Below are positions 38,703 to 49,298 of a stretch of DNA of 64,000 nt, piece by piece. A program made the position numbers and the translations under genes. Each line of letters starts with the position of its first letter. Positions within the stretch are counted from its first letter, which is position 1. The notes under the pieces were generated by a model that saw only the letters and a list, made by a program, of their open reading frames with translations, was not told the DNA's origin and ran no database searches. This stretch comes from an uncultured Gemmatimonadales bacterium (GTDB lineage Bacteria; Gemmatimonadota; Gemmatimonadetes; Gemmatimonadales; Gemmatimonadaceae). The stretch spans positions 2,720,001-2,784,000 of the forward strand of contig OY969695.1 of assembly GCA_963701965.1 (NCBI GenBank), given 5' to 3'.

Positions 38703-39500
38703 GTGACGCGTACTGGCGGAGATGCGGGCGACCGATCATCGACTGATCCGTCGAGGGGACCCGCGGCTCACGAACCTCTCGACGCGTGGTTGCGACGGGA
38801 TCTGCTCGCTGAGTTCGGACCAGAACGTGAGTCCGAGCCGTGGGCCGCCACACAGGTCTCCCGCGTCATGACGCGCCTCTTAACAGCGCGCGAGACCGGG
38901 CGACCGATAACAGCAGAGATTCTCTGGGTGCGTGAGGTTACGGCATTCACCGTACCGGGTCACTACGCCTACGTCTCGCGCCGCCTCCTCGAGCGGTGTG
39001 CTACTGACGATCCTGTTGCCTTCGCCCTGGCCCACGAGATCGCGCACCATGATCTGGGTCATCTGCGTGGTTTAGACGAATTCGCCGCGAGCATCCCTCG
39101 CGGGCTCGACGGTCTGCGCACGGGCCGGGCGCTGCTCCTGGTGGCGCTCCTGCTGATTGAGCGACGTGTCCACGGTCCCGAAAAGGAAGCCCATGCTGAC
39201 GCGCGCGCCCTCGAACTGTGTCTGGCTGCAGGGTATGATGGTGAGCGGTGCATCCACCTCTTCGACATCCTCGAAGCCGATGCGCTCGACCGAGGGGATC
39301 TCGACGGAGTTTTCGGGACGGAGGACTCTCTTGTGTCGCCCGCCGATGGCGATCACTCCTGGTTGCAGGAGGCCCGCGAGTGGCTTTGGGAGCGTGTACG
39401 CGGCTACTTGCCGATCAGAGAACGCAAGGCGCGCCTCCGCGCATTGATACGAAGTGCTCCTGGGTGTCCGTCCCATCGTGACGACGCCCGGCATGCCTGA
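38703..39500 (+). CDS. M48-family metallopeptidase (start uncertain)
   Basis: AFTVPG, LAHEIAH, EAHAD. Confidence 0.78.
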   Translation: MTRTGGDAGDRSSTDPSRGPAAHEPLDAWLRRDLLAEFGPERESEPWAATQVSRVMTRLLTARETGRPITAEILWVREVTAFTVPGHYAYVSRRLLERCATDDPVAFALAHEIAHHDLGHLRGLDEFAASIPRGLDGLRTGRALLLVALLLIERRVHGPEKEAHADARALELCLAAGYDGERCIHLFDILEADALDRGDLDGVFGTEDSLVSPADGDHSWLQEAREWLWERVRGYLPIRERKARLRALIRSAPGCPSHRDDARHA

Positions 39501-39627
39501 AGATGTTCACCGGTATCCAGGAGTGACGCGCCTAGCCCCCGACTGTCGAGCGCTGGCCGCTAGCCAACGCCTCAGGCGGCGGCGATGTGCGAAGGAGCTG
39601 GATTACAACCATCCGCTCCTAGTTAGG

Positions 39628-41028
39628 CTACGGCAGTAGGCGTTGCGGTGAAGTCTGACCTGCCGCTTGGCGCGCGTCGGCGACGTTCGAAAGGCGCTCG
39701 TACAGGTTACGAGGAACTGTGAAGTTGAATGTTCGGCCGACCTTGCTCGTGATCAGCAAGTGCTGATCAGCCAAATCGAGCAGATCGGCCCGCGCGGTCG
39801 CGTAGCTCACATTATGAGATCTGCGGTGAGATTCGAAAGTGTATTCTGCGTGGGGACGCTTTAGAGCGTGATTCATTAGCGCGAGCTGCCTGTAGTTGAG
39901 TTGATTCTTGATTGCATCCGACTGCTGTAGCAAGCCAGCTGTCTTCTTCAGATCGACAGCTTTCTTGGCCAGGTACAGATGGAGCTCCTGAATAGCCTGT
40001 GTGACAATGCGAAGTTGCCCAAGGATGAAGTACGTAGCGTCATTGTCATCCGTCTCTGTATAGAGAAATGAACGGCCGTACGCACCGCGAGCCTTCTTGA
40101 TAATCCGCGATATGGATAGGAACTCGGCGAGCCAGTAGCCTTGGCGCACCATGGACCAGTAGAACAGTGCACGCGCGGTGCGGCCGTTGCCGTCAACAAA
40201 CGGGTGGTCATAAGCGAGCCAGAAATGAAGCAGGACGGCACGTATCACCGGATGCACAAAAGGATCCGCTGACTGCTGATTCGCAAACGCGCACATTTGT
40301 TCTATGCGCCACGCGAGTTCGTTGGCTGGTGGAGGGTCGTGGAGCATCGTGCCAATTTCGTCCGAAACGCAAATGTGCTCGTCGGCGTTGCGTGTTCGCC
40401 CGGCAGCGTCAGGATCGTCGAGAGTTCCGTCAACGAGTGTGCGATGGATCTCAAAGAGAATCTTTGGCGTTAATGGTTGGTCGATGACATCTCTGATAAA
40501 AAGGAGAGCCCGGTAGTTGTTGTAAATCATGCGCTCGCTGCGATCTTGTGGCTCTCTGCCGCGTTTGATCATGTTCTTAGCCACTTCTCTAGTTGTCGCG
40601 GCGCCTTCCAGTTGGCTGGAAGTAATTGCCTCCTCGATCAGCGAGGAATAGAGATATGTGTCGCGCGTCTGGGGATTCGTTACCTGTTCACTGATTTGAA
40701 TGGTTCCACTGGCGTCGCGGTCGATCTCATGTAGCAGTCGTTGGGCTATGTCGGGAAGCGCGTACTGAAACGGCATCCCTCCTTTGTCCTGAAGAGGAAT
40801 GGTTTGATACATTGCGGTTCGAGCCATCTTCAGGCCGAGCCACCACTGCTCAACTGTCAGTCCCGATGGCGGCTCGAGATGTCGCAGAATGTCCCAATGC
40901 TGGTACTTGCCGCGTACCAGTGCGCCGGTGCGAGCCGCAGCGATCTTGAGCCAGACTTGCGGACCACCTGCCGCGATTTCGCTCTGCATCAACGCGTAGA
41001 AGGTCGGTGGACTAACGGGGATTTTCAT
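39628..41028 (-). CDS. Fic-domain protein with internal inhibitory helix
   Basis: HPFVDGNGRTAR; SSQLEG inhibitory motif; visibly lower GC than the flanks. Confidence 0.94.
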   Translation of the reverse strand: MKIPVSPPTFYALMQSEIAAGGPQVWLKIAAARTGALVRGKYQHWDILRHLEPPSGLTVEQWWLGLKMARTAMYQTIPLQDKGGMPFQYALPDIAQRLLHEIDRDASGTIQISEQVTNPQTRDTYLYSSLIEEAITSSQLEGAATTREVAKNMIKRGREPQDRSERMIYNNYRALLFIRDVIDQPLTPKILFEIHRTLVDGTLDDPDAAGRTRNADEHICVSDEIGTMLHDPPPANELAWRIEQMCAFANQQSADPFVHPVIRAVLLHFWLAYDHPFVDGNGRTARALFYWSMVRQGYWLAEFLSISRIIKKARGAYGRSFLYTETDDNDATYFILGQLRIVTQAIQELHLYLAKKAVDLKKTAGLLQQSDAIKNQLNYRQLALMNHALKRPHAEYTFESHRRSHNVSYATARADLLDLADQHLLITSKVGRTFNFTVPRNLYERLSNVADARQAAGQTSPQRLLP

Positions 41029-41372
41029 TTGTTACGTTCACCAATCCTGGAATTGTCGTCATACATTTGTGACATGCTACTCCTTAACTAGTTGTGCTGT
41101 AGTCAATTATCGCGCAAATATCAATTTATGACAGATTGATATTTAGTTGATAAGTTATAATCGGGATACCCGAATATCAATCCGAAATGAATTGATATTT
41201 CGCACCTTCTCCTTTTGGCTAAGGTGACGCTGGCTGATTAGGCCATGGCCTCGGGGCCCCGAGACGCCATTGGGGGATCTGACTCGGGGCCGCCTGCTGG
41301 GCGACGTTGCTGTGCTTGCTCGGCGGGCCGGCCGGAGCAACGATAGTCGGTATCGCGAGCGGAGCGACTGTC

Positions 41373-42200
41373 ATGCCCAGCATCAGGACCAGCAGGATCA
41401 CCATGCATTACGATGCGCAGGGAAAGGGTGAGCCACTCATCCTCATTCCGTATCTGGCGGCTGACTATGCGTGTTACGCCTTCCAGGTTCCGGAGTATTC
41501 CAAGCACTTTCGCTGCCTCTCTGTCGACTTGCGCGGGACGGGCGAATCGGACAAGCCCAATGGTGTGTACACGACCGAGGACCTCGCGGACGATATCGCG
41601 GCGTTCATGCAGGCAATGGGGATTGAGCGTGCGCACCTTTTTGGCATGTCGCTCGGCGCAGCCGTGGGACTGTGGGTCGCAGCGAAGTATCCGGACAAAG
41701 TGCAGTCGCTGTCGGCGCACAGCGCGTGGCCGAAGACGGATTACTACGTGGAGACCCTAGCTCGGGATTGGCAGGTGGTGGCCCGGGCTCTCGACGACAT
41801 TCCCGAAATGACGGTGCGTTGTATCCTCCATTGGTGCCTATCGCCAGCGCTGTACGACACCAAGCCGGACTACATCGGGACCCTGGAGGAGTTCATTCGC
41901 GGCCGGCCCTCGCAGCCTGTGCCGGCGTTTCTCCTGCAGTCGAACGCGGTGATTCGGCATGACGCGACATCGCAGCTCGGTCGGATCACGGCGCCGACCC
42001 AGATCACGTTCGGCGCGCTCGACCTCGTCACCTCGACCCGCTTCGCGACCCCGCTATGCGAAGGCATTCCCAGCGCTGAGCTGTTGGTGTTCGACGGGTG
42101 TGCGCACGCGGCGCTCTACGAGCACGTCGAGGAGTTCAACGAGAAGACCGTGCAGTTCCTGTTGCGGCATACTAGGAGGGGCGCCGGGCAACTCGCGTGA
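41373..42200 (+). CDS. Alpha/beta hydrolase
   Basis: DLRGTGES, GMSLG, GCAH. Confidence 0.9.
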   Translation: MPSIRTSRITMHYDAQGKGEPLILIPYLAADYACYAFQVPEYSKHFRCLSVDLRGTGESDKPNGVYTTEDLADDIAAFMQAMGIERAHLFGMSLGAAVGLWVAAKYPDKVQSLSAHSAWPKTDYYVETLARDWQVVARALDDIPEMTVRCILHWCLSPALYDTKPDYIGTLEEFIRGRPSQPVPAFLLQSNAVIRHDATSQLGRITAPTQITFGALDLVTSTRFATPLCEGIPSAELLVFDGCAHAALYEHVEEFNEKTVQFLLRHTRRGAGQLA

Positions 42201-42368
42201 GACATGCTGGACTGAGGAGCGCTTCACGGAACGGGTGAGGCATGACTGTGGGCGGCGTAACGTGCGAAACGCCCACGTTTTGCCTAAAGGGGTGCCCCGA
42301 GACGCATGCGAACGGCAGTGGCGTAGCTTGAGGAAGCTCAATCAGGGCACTACGTTACACCGTCTTCC

Positions 42369-42441
<73 letters not shown>

Positions 42442-42762
42442 TGATTGCCTGAGTGTGGATCTTGGACTTTGTCCCTCTCGCGCGCGCCGTATGCTGGCGA
42501 CCGCCTTCATCTCTCAATCGCAAGTCAGTGCAACGCCGCTCGACCGCCGAGATGGAAGCGGCTGTCGAGAGTGCGATTCACAACCTCCCAGAGAGCAAGC
42601 AGTCGACTGGTGATGGGACCCAGATGAGTCACGCCCTACATCGCCTTAGGCACTCACCAAAGAAAGTAGAAGCCAGGTAGGGCCCGAGAAGGCTAAAGAC
42701 TTGCCGGATACAGAATATTGCTCTAAATTATACAGATCGCAGTGGTAATTCTGGAGGCACCT

Positions 42763-43011
42763 ATGGCGCGTTCAACGGGCGGCAAAGTCGCTCGCAAGAA
42801 CATGGACATGGATACGGTAAAGCTGCGCCGTGCCAGAGCCCTCCTCGGTGCGCGCACCGAGACCGAAACCGTCGATCGCGCGCTGGATCTGGTGATCTTC
42901 CAGGCCGATCTCGAAAGCGCCATTGACGGCCTTGCGGCCGCCGGCGGTCTCAGCGAGCCCTACGCCGATCTGGTCATGAAATCCTCGAGCGGGCGTCGTC
43001 GAGAGTCATAG
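42763..43011 (+). CDS. VapB-like antitoxin
   Basis: GGAGG RBS; RKNMDMD...ARALLGARTETETVDRAL; upstream of the PIN gene. Confidence 0.78.
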   Translation: MARSTGGKVARKNMDMDTVKLRRARALLGARTETETVDRALDLVIFQADLESAIDGLAAAGGLSEPYADLVMKSSSGRRRES

Positions 43012-43023
43012 TCTGCGGACTGA

Positions 43024-43471
43024 ATGGCGAGCGGCGCACGCCGTCATCATCGACACGAACCTCTACATCCAAGCGTTTCGCAACTCTGACGCTCGCCAGG
43101 CGTTGCTGGCCTTCCAGCGCCGAGTCGTCGGCAGGCTGGCGCTACACGGCGTGGTCGCAATGGAGCTCCGTTCGGGCGCGATGACTCGTCCTCAGCAGGC
43201 TGCCCTGGCTGATCTTGTGGGGCCGTTTCGAGAGCGTGGCCGCCTCATTGGTGTGTCCGCATCCGCGTACGTTGATGCCGGACGTGTTTTATCTGTACTG
43301 CGCCGCGAAGGACAGGTCGGCGAGAATCCAACGCCGTCGTTCGTACAGGACGTCGTGCTCGCGGCCTCAGTGCGCGAGCTCAGGGGACTGCTGGTGACAG
43401 AAAATGGCAGCGATTTCGCATCCATCCGGCGTCATCTCAGCGGATTTCAGTTCGTCGCACCTTGGCCGTGA
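43024..43471 (+). CDS. PIN-domain VapC-like toxin (+1 frameshift just after ATG 43024)
   Basis: VIIDTNLYI, MEL, DVVLAAS, LVTENGSDF; the nearby ATG is one base out of frame. Confidence 0.8.
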
Positions 43472-43704
43472 TCGAGCGCTCTGGGCTAGCTGTAGTTCCG
43501 CCCTCGACTAACGCAGCCGTCGGTAGCGCTTAACAACACTCCGGGCCGCGCGCGAGAGCGACGGCGAGTGAGTGGACCAGGCGGGGTGGCATTGGGTTGA
43601 ACCGGGTGTTTCGTGTATGGTCCCGGAGCGCCCGGCGTCGGGTCGAGTACCATTCTGGGTACTCAAGGGCGTTGGCGTCTCCGGAGGATTGAACTGCCCT
43701 GGTT

Positions 43705-43741
43705 CTGAAAATCCGCGCGTCGGCGGTTCGATTTCGTCGCT
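43705..43741 (+). repeat. Degenerate att copy of the tRNA-Phe 3' half
   Basis: CTGAAAATCCGCGCGTCGGCGGTTCGATTTCGTCGCT versus tRNA 42400-42436, 3 mismatches. Confidence 0.85.
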
Positions 43742-43750
43742 CGTGTTGTT

Positions 43751-46279
43751 GTGTTTGTGCTGCGCGATTCGCTCGGCATCGTTGTCCGGGAACTGGCGCG
43801 GATCGCTCCTGAGCCCCGCTCCGAGGAAATCTCGCTATTATGGTGTCTCTTTTTTTCGGAGCTTTGTCTGCGCCAGCTCGTTCTCGGCATCGTCGTTCTC
43901 GCGATCGCCGCTTGCGGTAGCTCGAACACGACGCCCACGGGTACGAAGCCACCGCCGCCGACTGCGTCGACTTTCGATACCTTGTCCCAGGGCTCGGTCC
44001 CGGCCTCGGGCGGGACGATCACCGTCAACAAATCCGGTGACCCGCTCAACGGGCTGACCATGACCGTGCCGTCGGGCGCGTTCTCTGGCGCGCTCACCGT
44101 CACCATCGGCTCGTCGACGAACAAGAACCTCCCGACGGCGAACGGCATCGTGCCGATCTCGCCCGTCGTGCACGTCGTGACCAGCGCCGGCGGCTATGCC
44201 AAGGGCGCGATCACGTTCAAGGTCCCGGTGACCGTGGCCACCGGTACGTTCCCCGTCGTCGTCTTGTATGACTCGGTGACGAAGGCCATCGAGCCGATGA
44301 CGACGATCGCCTACGACGGTAGCAGCGTGACGGCGATCACGGGGCATCTGAGCCAAGCCAGCGCCGCTTCGGTGTCGGCGGACCAAGTCCGCGGTCGCGT
44401 CCACGCGATGGCGAGCGGCGGTTCGTCGGACAGCTTGAGCGTCAGCTTTGGTGTCTACGCGATCCCGACGGCGGTGCTGAACCAGGATTGGGATACCCAC
44501 TATCGGCCGGGCACCAATGATTGGGAGATGCCGGCCTTCCCCACGGAGGCGGCGCCGGCGAGCACACTGCTCGGCGTGGCCGCGACGGAGTTGTGGTATT
44601 TCAACGCCAAACCCTCGACGACTCCGCTGCATGGCCGGTTCGCGGCCGTCCGCAACGCGCCCCTCAGCGACACGATCGGTTTCCACTGGACGAGTTTGAT
44701 CGACGGGCAGGTGAGCAACCAGGTGAATAGCTACCTCAGCTCAGCCTACAAGAGCGTCACGCAAGGCGTGGCCGACAGGGACTCGCTGCAGTTCAATCAG
44801 ATTCGCGCCAGCTTCGCGCTCGGCACCTTGAACGGCGGCGCGCCACTCCCGGTGCTCGTCGATCTCCAGAGCTCCGCGATCAATGGCTTCTACTTTCTGA
44901 TCGCGTACCGGGCGACCGGCAAGCAGATCTACGTGGGCGACCCGATCAGCCCCGGTGACAGCAGCCGGTTTCTGCAGTTGGTAGGCAGTGGTATGACGCC
45001 GTACGTGAATCCCCTGTACAAGGCCGGCGTCTCCTTCACCACGCCGCTCGCCACTCCTCTCGGCTTGGCTATCCCCCTCGCGCCCCTCGCGTCGTCGTAC
45101 ACCGACGCGACGGCGGGGACTGCCGGCGCCAGCCTCTTCCCAACGTCGGGGTTCTACACGTGGTCTGGCCCGCTATTCGACACAATGTATGTCGTCGACA
45201 CCCTGCGCTTCTGGGCGCAGTGCGCGACGTGCCAATACGGATTCACGTCGACGCTGTCCCCCAGCCCGTCAGGGAATGTGGAGTCGAGCTACAACATCTA
45301 TCGCCTGTCAGGCGGAGTAGTGACAGACTCGAATGGCGGTCTCGGTGCGAACGGGCTCTTAACGACGAGCACTTCATTCACGCCGGGTACGCAAGCCACG
45401 TTCGGCCTGCCACTCTCTTCGGCTGACGCCGCGGGCACAACCTCGGCGAGTGGCGCCAGGCGCTGGCTCGACTGGCATCAGTTCACGATCACGAATCTGC
45501 AGGTGACCATCTCGCCGACCGCGCTGCAGGCCGTGAAGAGCTCACCGCAGACGTTGCAAGTGTCGGTGAGCCCGACCCTGTTGCCGGCCGACGTGGCGTA
45601 CCAGTGGAACTTCGGCGACAGCACGCCCAACGTGACGGTGCAGAACAGCCCCAGTGTGCAGCACGCGTTCGCGAAGACCGGGACGCTCCCGACGACGGTC
45701 AAGATCATCGACAACCGAAACACCCAGGTGATCGCCCAGGGCAACACCACGGTGACCGTCACCGATCAAGTGGAAGTATGGTCGATTACGTCGCTCAGAT
45801 ATCTGTACACGCTCGTCAACGGCGTGCAAGGACACGCGGGTGACCCTGGCGTTCCCAATGACACGCTGGTGATCGTGGTGAATTTGACCCCCAATCCTAC
45901 ACTGGTCGCATTGAACGGTCCCCCGTTCCCGAACGCGAACTACCCTCAAGCGGGATTCGCTTTCGTCAGACCGAGCACTGGCCCGCTAGACTGGGCGAAT
46001 TTCCCGCCTGATCCGCTCGCGATCTCCACAGCGGCAGCTCCGTACGACGTCATCGGGTACAGCAACATTGGTACGGACACGTCGGGGACGATTACGGGTC
46101 AGGTGATCGTATCGAAGACAGACAGCGGCGCCACGAATATCGGCCACACCGTGAGTCTCGCCAAGAAGGGCGCGACGCTGAGCGGATACATCAGGTTCCA
46201 GTATACCGTGCCCATCAACGGCGTCCCGACCACCAACGTCCTCGTCGACAGCGTCATCGCTCAACGGGTATCACCATAG
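43751..46279 (+). CDS. Large Ser/Thr-rich surface lipoprotein with PKD-like domain (start uncertain)
   Basis: Lipobox IAAC; GGTITV...VPSGAF (ZU5-like); YQWNFGD...HAFAKTG (PKD-like). Confidence 0.75.
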   Translation: MFVLRDSLGIVVRELARIAPEPRSEEISLLWCLFFSELCLRQLVLGIVVLAIAACGSSNTTPTGTKPPPPTASTFDTLSQGSVPASGGTITVNKSGDPLNGLTMTVPSGAFSGALTVTIGSSTNKNLPTANGIVPISPVVHVVTSAGGYAKGAITFKVPVTVATGTFPVVVLYDSVTKAIEPMTTIAYDGSSVTAITGHLSQASAASVSADQVRGRVHAMASGGSSDSLSVSFGVYAIPTAVLNQDWDTHYRPGTNDWEMPAFPTEAAPASTLLGVAATELWYFNAKPSTTPLHGRFAAVRNAPLSDTIGFHWTSLIDGQVSNQVNSYLSSAYKSVTQGVADRDSLQFNQIRASFALGTLNGGAPLPVLVDLQSSAINGFYFLIAYRATGKQIYVGDPISPGDSSRFLQLVGSGMTPYVNPLYKAGVSFTTPLATPLGLAIPLAPLASSYTDATAGTAGASLFPTSGFYTWSGPLFDTMYVVDTLRFWAQCATCQYGFTSTLSPSPSGNVESSYNIYRLSGGVVTDSNGGLGANGLLTTSTSFTPGTQATFGLPLSSADAAGTTSASGARRWLDWHQFTITNLQVTISPTALQAVKSSPQTLQVSVSPTLLPADVAYQWNFGDSTPNVTVQNSPSVQHAFAKTGTLPTTVKIIDNRNTQVIAQGNTTVTVTDQVEVWSITSLRYLYTLVNGVQGHAGDPGVPNDTLVIVVNLTPNPTLVALNGPPFPNANYPQAGFAFVRPSTGPLDWANFPPDPLAISTAAAPYDVIGYSNIGTDTSGTITGQVIVSKTDSGATNIGHTVSLAKKGATLSGYIRFQYTVPINGVPTTNVLVDSVIAQRVSP

Positions 46280-46344
46280 GAGGCCCCCCGTGGTGCGCAT
46301 TGGGCCCCGTCGCCATACTTGAGGTCGACTTTCCCCCTACTCCA

Positions 46345-48645
46345 ATGCGTGCCACTCGCCTTTCGGTCCCCGCCCTCACACTCGGCGCCCTGCTCGCCAC
46401 TCCGCCCAGGGCGCCGCATCCACCCGCGCCGCGCCCGGTGACGACCGCGGAGTACGATCGTGCGGCCAAGATGCTCGGGTTCAACGTCGACAGCTTGGTC
46501 ATCGGCGGACGGGTGACCGCGACGTGGCTGCCGGATGACCGGTTCTATTACCGGACGACGACGCCCACGGGTAGCGAATGGCTGCTCGTCGACCCGGCCC
46601 ACCGCACGCAGCAGGCGCTGTTCGACGCCGCGGCGGTGGCGCAAGCGCTCGGGCGCGCGGGCGCCGGGACGTTGGATGCGAGGCACCTGCCCGCCACGCG
46701 GGTCGAGCTGTCCAGTGATGGCGCGCGCGTGACGCTCGAGATCCCGAAGCATCGGTGGCGCTGCAATGTGAATGGCCATGCCTGTCAGGCCGACAGTACC
46801 AAAGTGCCGGCGGTGCCCGAGGTGATGTCGCCCGACGGCAAGCGCGCGGCGTTCATTCGGAACTGGAATCTCTGGGTGCGCGACGTCGCGACCGGACACG
46901 AAACGCAACTCACGACCGACGGCGTCGAGAACTTCGGATACGCGACGGATAACGCCGGATGGGTCCACAGCAATCGCGCGATCCTCCTCTGGTCGCCCGA
47001 TTCGAAAAAGATCGCCACGCAGCAACAGGATGACCGACCGGTTGGCGACATGTACGTCGTCGAGACGCGCGTCGGTCATCCCAAGCTCGACGCGTGGAAG
47101 TATCCGCTCGCTGGGGACAGCGTGGTGTCGATGGTCTCGCGCGTGATCATCGACGTCGATGCGGCCAAGGTCATTCGCCTGGCGACGCCGCCGGATTATC
47201 ATCGGGCCATGTTGGGCGACGACATCAGCATGAAGGACCTCATCTGGAGCCCGGACGGATCCGCGCTCGCCTACGTCAGCACCACGCGCGATCACAAGTC
47301 CGCGACGGTGCACGTGGCCGATGCCAGCACCGGTGCGGTACGCACACTCTTCGACGAGCATTCGCCGACCCAGTTCGAGTCCGTCGCCGGATGGCGCATT
47401 CTGTGGCCCGAAAACCAGATCATCTGGTCGTCCGAGCGGAATGACTGGGCCGAGCTCTACGCCTACGACCTCAAGACCGGCGCGCTGCAGCATCCCATTA
47501 CATCCGGGTCCGGCCCGGTCACGGCCATCGACCACGTGGACGAGCACACCCATTCGCTGCTCGTCGAAGCCCGCGGTCGCGACGCGAGTGAGGATCCGTA
47601 TTTCCGACACTACTATCGGGTCGGCACAGACGGTCGTCAGTGGACCCCATTGACGCCCGAGAGCGGCGACCACGCCATCCAGGTCGCCCCTGACGGCCGC
47701 TATTTCGTCGACAGCTATTCGACCCCGGTCACGGCACCGACCGTCGTGCTGCGCGACGCGAACGGCAAAGTCGTCATGCCGCTCACGCACGCCGACATCA
47801 CGCGCCTGGTGGCCGCGGGTTGGAAGCCACCCATGCCCATCGTGACGACGGCCCACGACGGCAAGACCAAACTTTACGGGCTCCTGTACCGGCCCACCAA
47901 TTTCGATTCGACGCAACACTATCCGATCATCAACAGCGTGTATCCCGGTCCCCAGACCGGCAGCGTCGGCTCGCGTAGCTTCGCCGCCGCGCGCGGCGAT
48001 TGCCAAGCGCTCGCCGAGCTGGGGTTCGTCGTCGTGCAAGTCAATGGGTGGGGGACGCCGTGGCGATCCAAGTCCTTTCATGACGCATACTATGGCGCGA
48101 TGGGGCGGGACAACACGCTGCCCGACCAAGTCGCCGCGATGCGCGAGCTGGGCACGCGGTACCCGTGGGTCGACACGACGCGGGCCGCCATCTGGGGGCA
48201 CTCGGGCGGTGGGTTCGCCACGGCGGATGCCATGTTCCGCTACCCGGACTTTTTCAAAGTCGGCATCTCGGAGTCGGGCAATCACGACCAGCGCGCGTAT
48301 GAGGACGATTGGGGCGAGCGCTATCAGGGGCTCGTGGCCGGCGACAACTACGCCGTAGAGGCCAACCAGTCCGTCGCCAAGAATCTCAAGGGGCACCTGC
48401 TGCTGGCCCATGGCGCGATCGACGACAACGTCCCGCCCTACAACACGATGCTGGTCGCCAACGCCCTCATCGAGGCCAATAAAGAGTTCGATGAGCTCAT
48501 CATCCCCAACGCCCATCACGGCTACGGCGCCGCCTCATTCTACATGATGCGGCGCCGGTGGGATTACTTCGTCCGGTATCTCTTGGACGCCGAGCCACCG
48601 AAGGACTACCGTATTGCTGCCCCGGGGCCGACGCTGGGCGGTTAG
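46345..48645 (+). CDS. S9B dipeptidyl peptidase IV-like
   Basis: WSPD repeats, YPGP, GHSGGG, HGAIDDNV, AHHG. Confidence 0.93.
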   Translation: MRATRLSVPALTLGALLATPPRAPHPPAPRPVTTAEYDRAAKMLGFNVDSLVIGGRVTATWLPDDRFYYRTTTPTGSEWLLVDPAHRTQQALFDAAAVAQALGRAGAGTLDARHLPATRVELSSDGARVTLEIPKHRWRCNVNGHACQADSTKVPAVPEVMSPDGKRAAFIRNWNLWVRDVATGHETQLTTDGVENFGYATDNAGWVHSNRAILLWSPDSKKIATQQQDDRPVGDMYVVETRVGHPKLDAWKYPLAGDSVVSMVSRVIIDVDAAKVIRLATPPDYHRAMLGDDISMKDLIWSPDGSALAYVSTTRDHKSATVHVADASTGAVRTLFDEHSPTQFESVAGWRILWPENQIIWSSERNDWAELYAYDLKTGALQHPITSGSGPVTAIDHVDEHTHSLLVEARGRDASEDPYFRHYYRVGTDGRQWTPLTPESGDHAIQVAPDGRYFVDSYSTPVTAPTVVLRDANGKVVMPLTHADITRLVAAGWKPPMPIVTTAHDGKTKLYGLLYRPTNFDSTQHYPIINSVYPGPQTGSVGSRSFAAARGDCQALAELGFVVVQVNGWGTPWRSKSFHDAYYGAMGRDNTLPDQVAAMRELGTRYPWVDTTRAAIWGHSGGGFATADAMFRYPDFFKVGISESGNHDQRAYEDDWGERYQGLVAGDNYAVEANQSVAKNLKGHLLLAHGAIDDNVPPYNTMLVANALIEANKEFDELIIPNAHHGYGAASFYMMRRRWDYFVRYLLDAEPPKDYRIAAPGPTLGG

Positions 48646-49127
48646 TTCGGCCGCACGGCGACCACGTCGATTTCTACCAACGCGCCACGAACGCCGGCGG
48701 GCAGCACCACCTGCGTCGTGGTGCGGGCGGGCTTGTTCGGTTGGTCCTTGGTGCCGAAGAACTGGCTATATCCGGCCTGCATTCCGGAAAAGTCCGTCTT
48801 GCCGTCTTTCGTGATCTCGCCCCCAAGGTACACATGCATCATCACGACATCGCCCATCGATAGTTTCTGCGATTCGAGGAGCTTTTGGATGTCCTTGAGG
48901 ATGCCCACGGTTTGTGACTTGGCATCGGTATCGGTCTTCATGTCCGGGTCGAGCCAGCCACTCACATACAACGTGTTGCCGGCCCATACGGCCGCCGCGA
49001 TTGGCAGGTCCGCACCCGTCGGGTTTTGACTGGGCGGCAGCGGAATTTGCTTGACTTGTTGCGCTGACGCGGTCGCGACACCCAGCACCATCGCGAGTGC
49101 GAAGAGGCGAAAAGGCGTGATCATCAT
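48642..49127 (-). CDS. RidA-family protein with signal peptide
   Basis: TLYVSG, KPARTT, LVEIDV; ASA-QQ signal cleavage site. Confidence 0.88.
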   Translation of the reverse strand: MMITPFRLFALAMVLGVATASAQQVKQIPLPPSQNPTGADLPIAAAVWAGNTLYVSGWLDPDMKTDTDAKSQTVGILKDIQKLLESQKLSMGDVVMMHVYLGGEITKDGKTDFSGMQAGYSQFFGTKDQPNKPARTTTQVVLPAGVRGALVEIDVVAVRPN

Positions 49128-49298
49128 GCCGCCAACGTAGCCCTCGACTGACCACCGCACAATTTCGTTTTTCTCACGGCATCGTTGAGAAATATTTATG
49201 ATTTCTTGGCGACGTTGAGCCGTATATTGAGTATTATTCATGACAATCTCGCCGATCCCACGCGACCAGTGAGCACGGGACAACAATCCGCCACTCTT

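Noticed and set aside
38680..38706. 8-codon ORF (MVRHTPAQ) after GGAGG overlapping the M48 GTG
   Set aside because: Too short to separate a uORF from chance or an indel
39530..39628. Integron attC after fic (GCCTAAC at the stop ... GCTAGGC)
   Set aside because: R' lacks the invariant GTT, the interior is not symmetric end to end, and no intI or other cassettes are present
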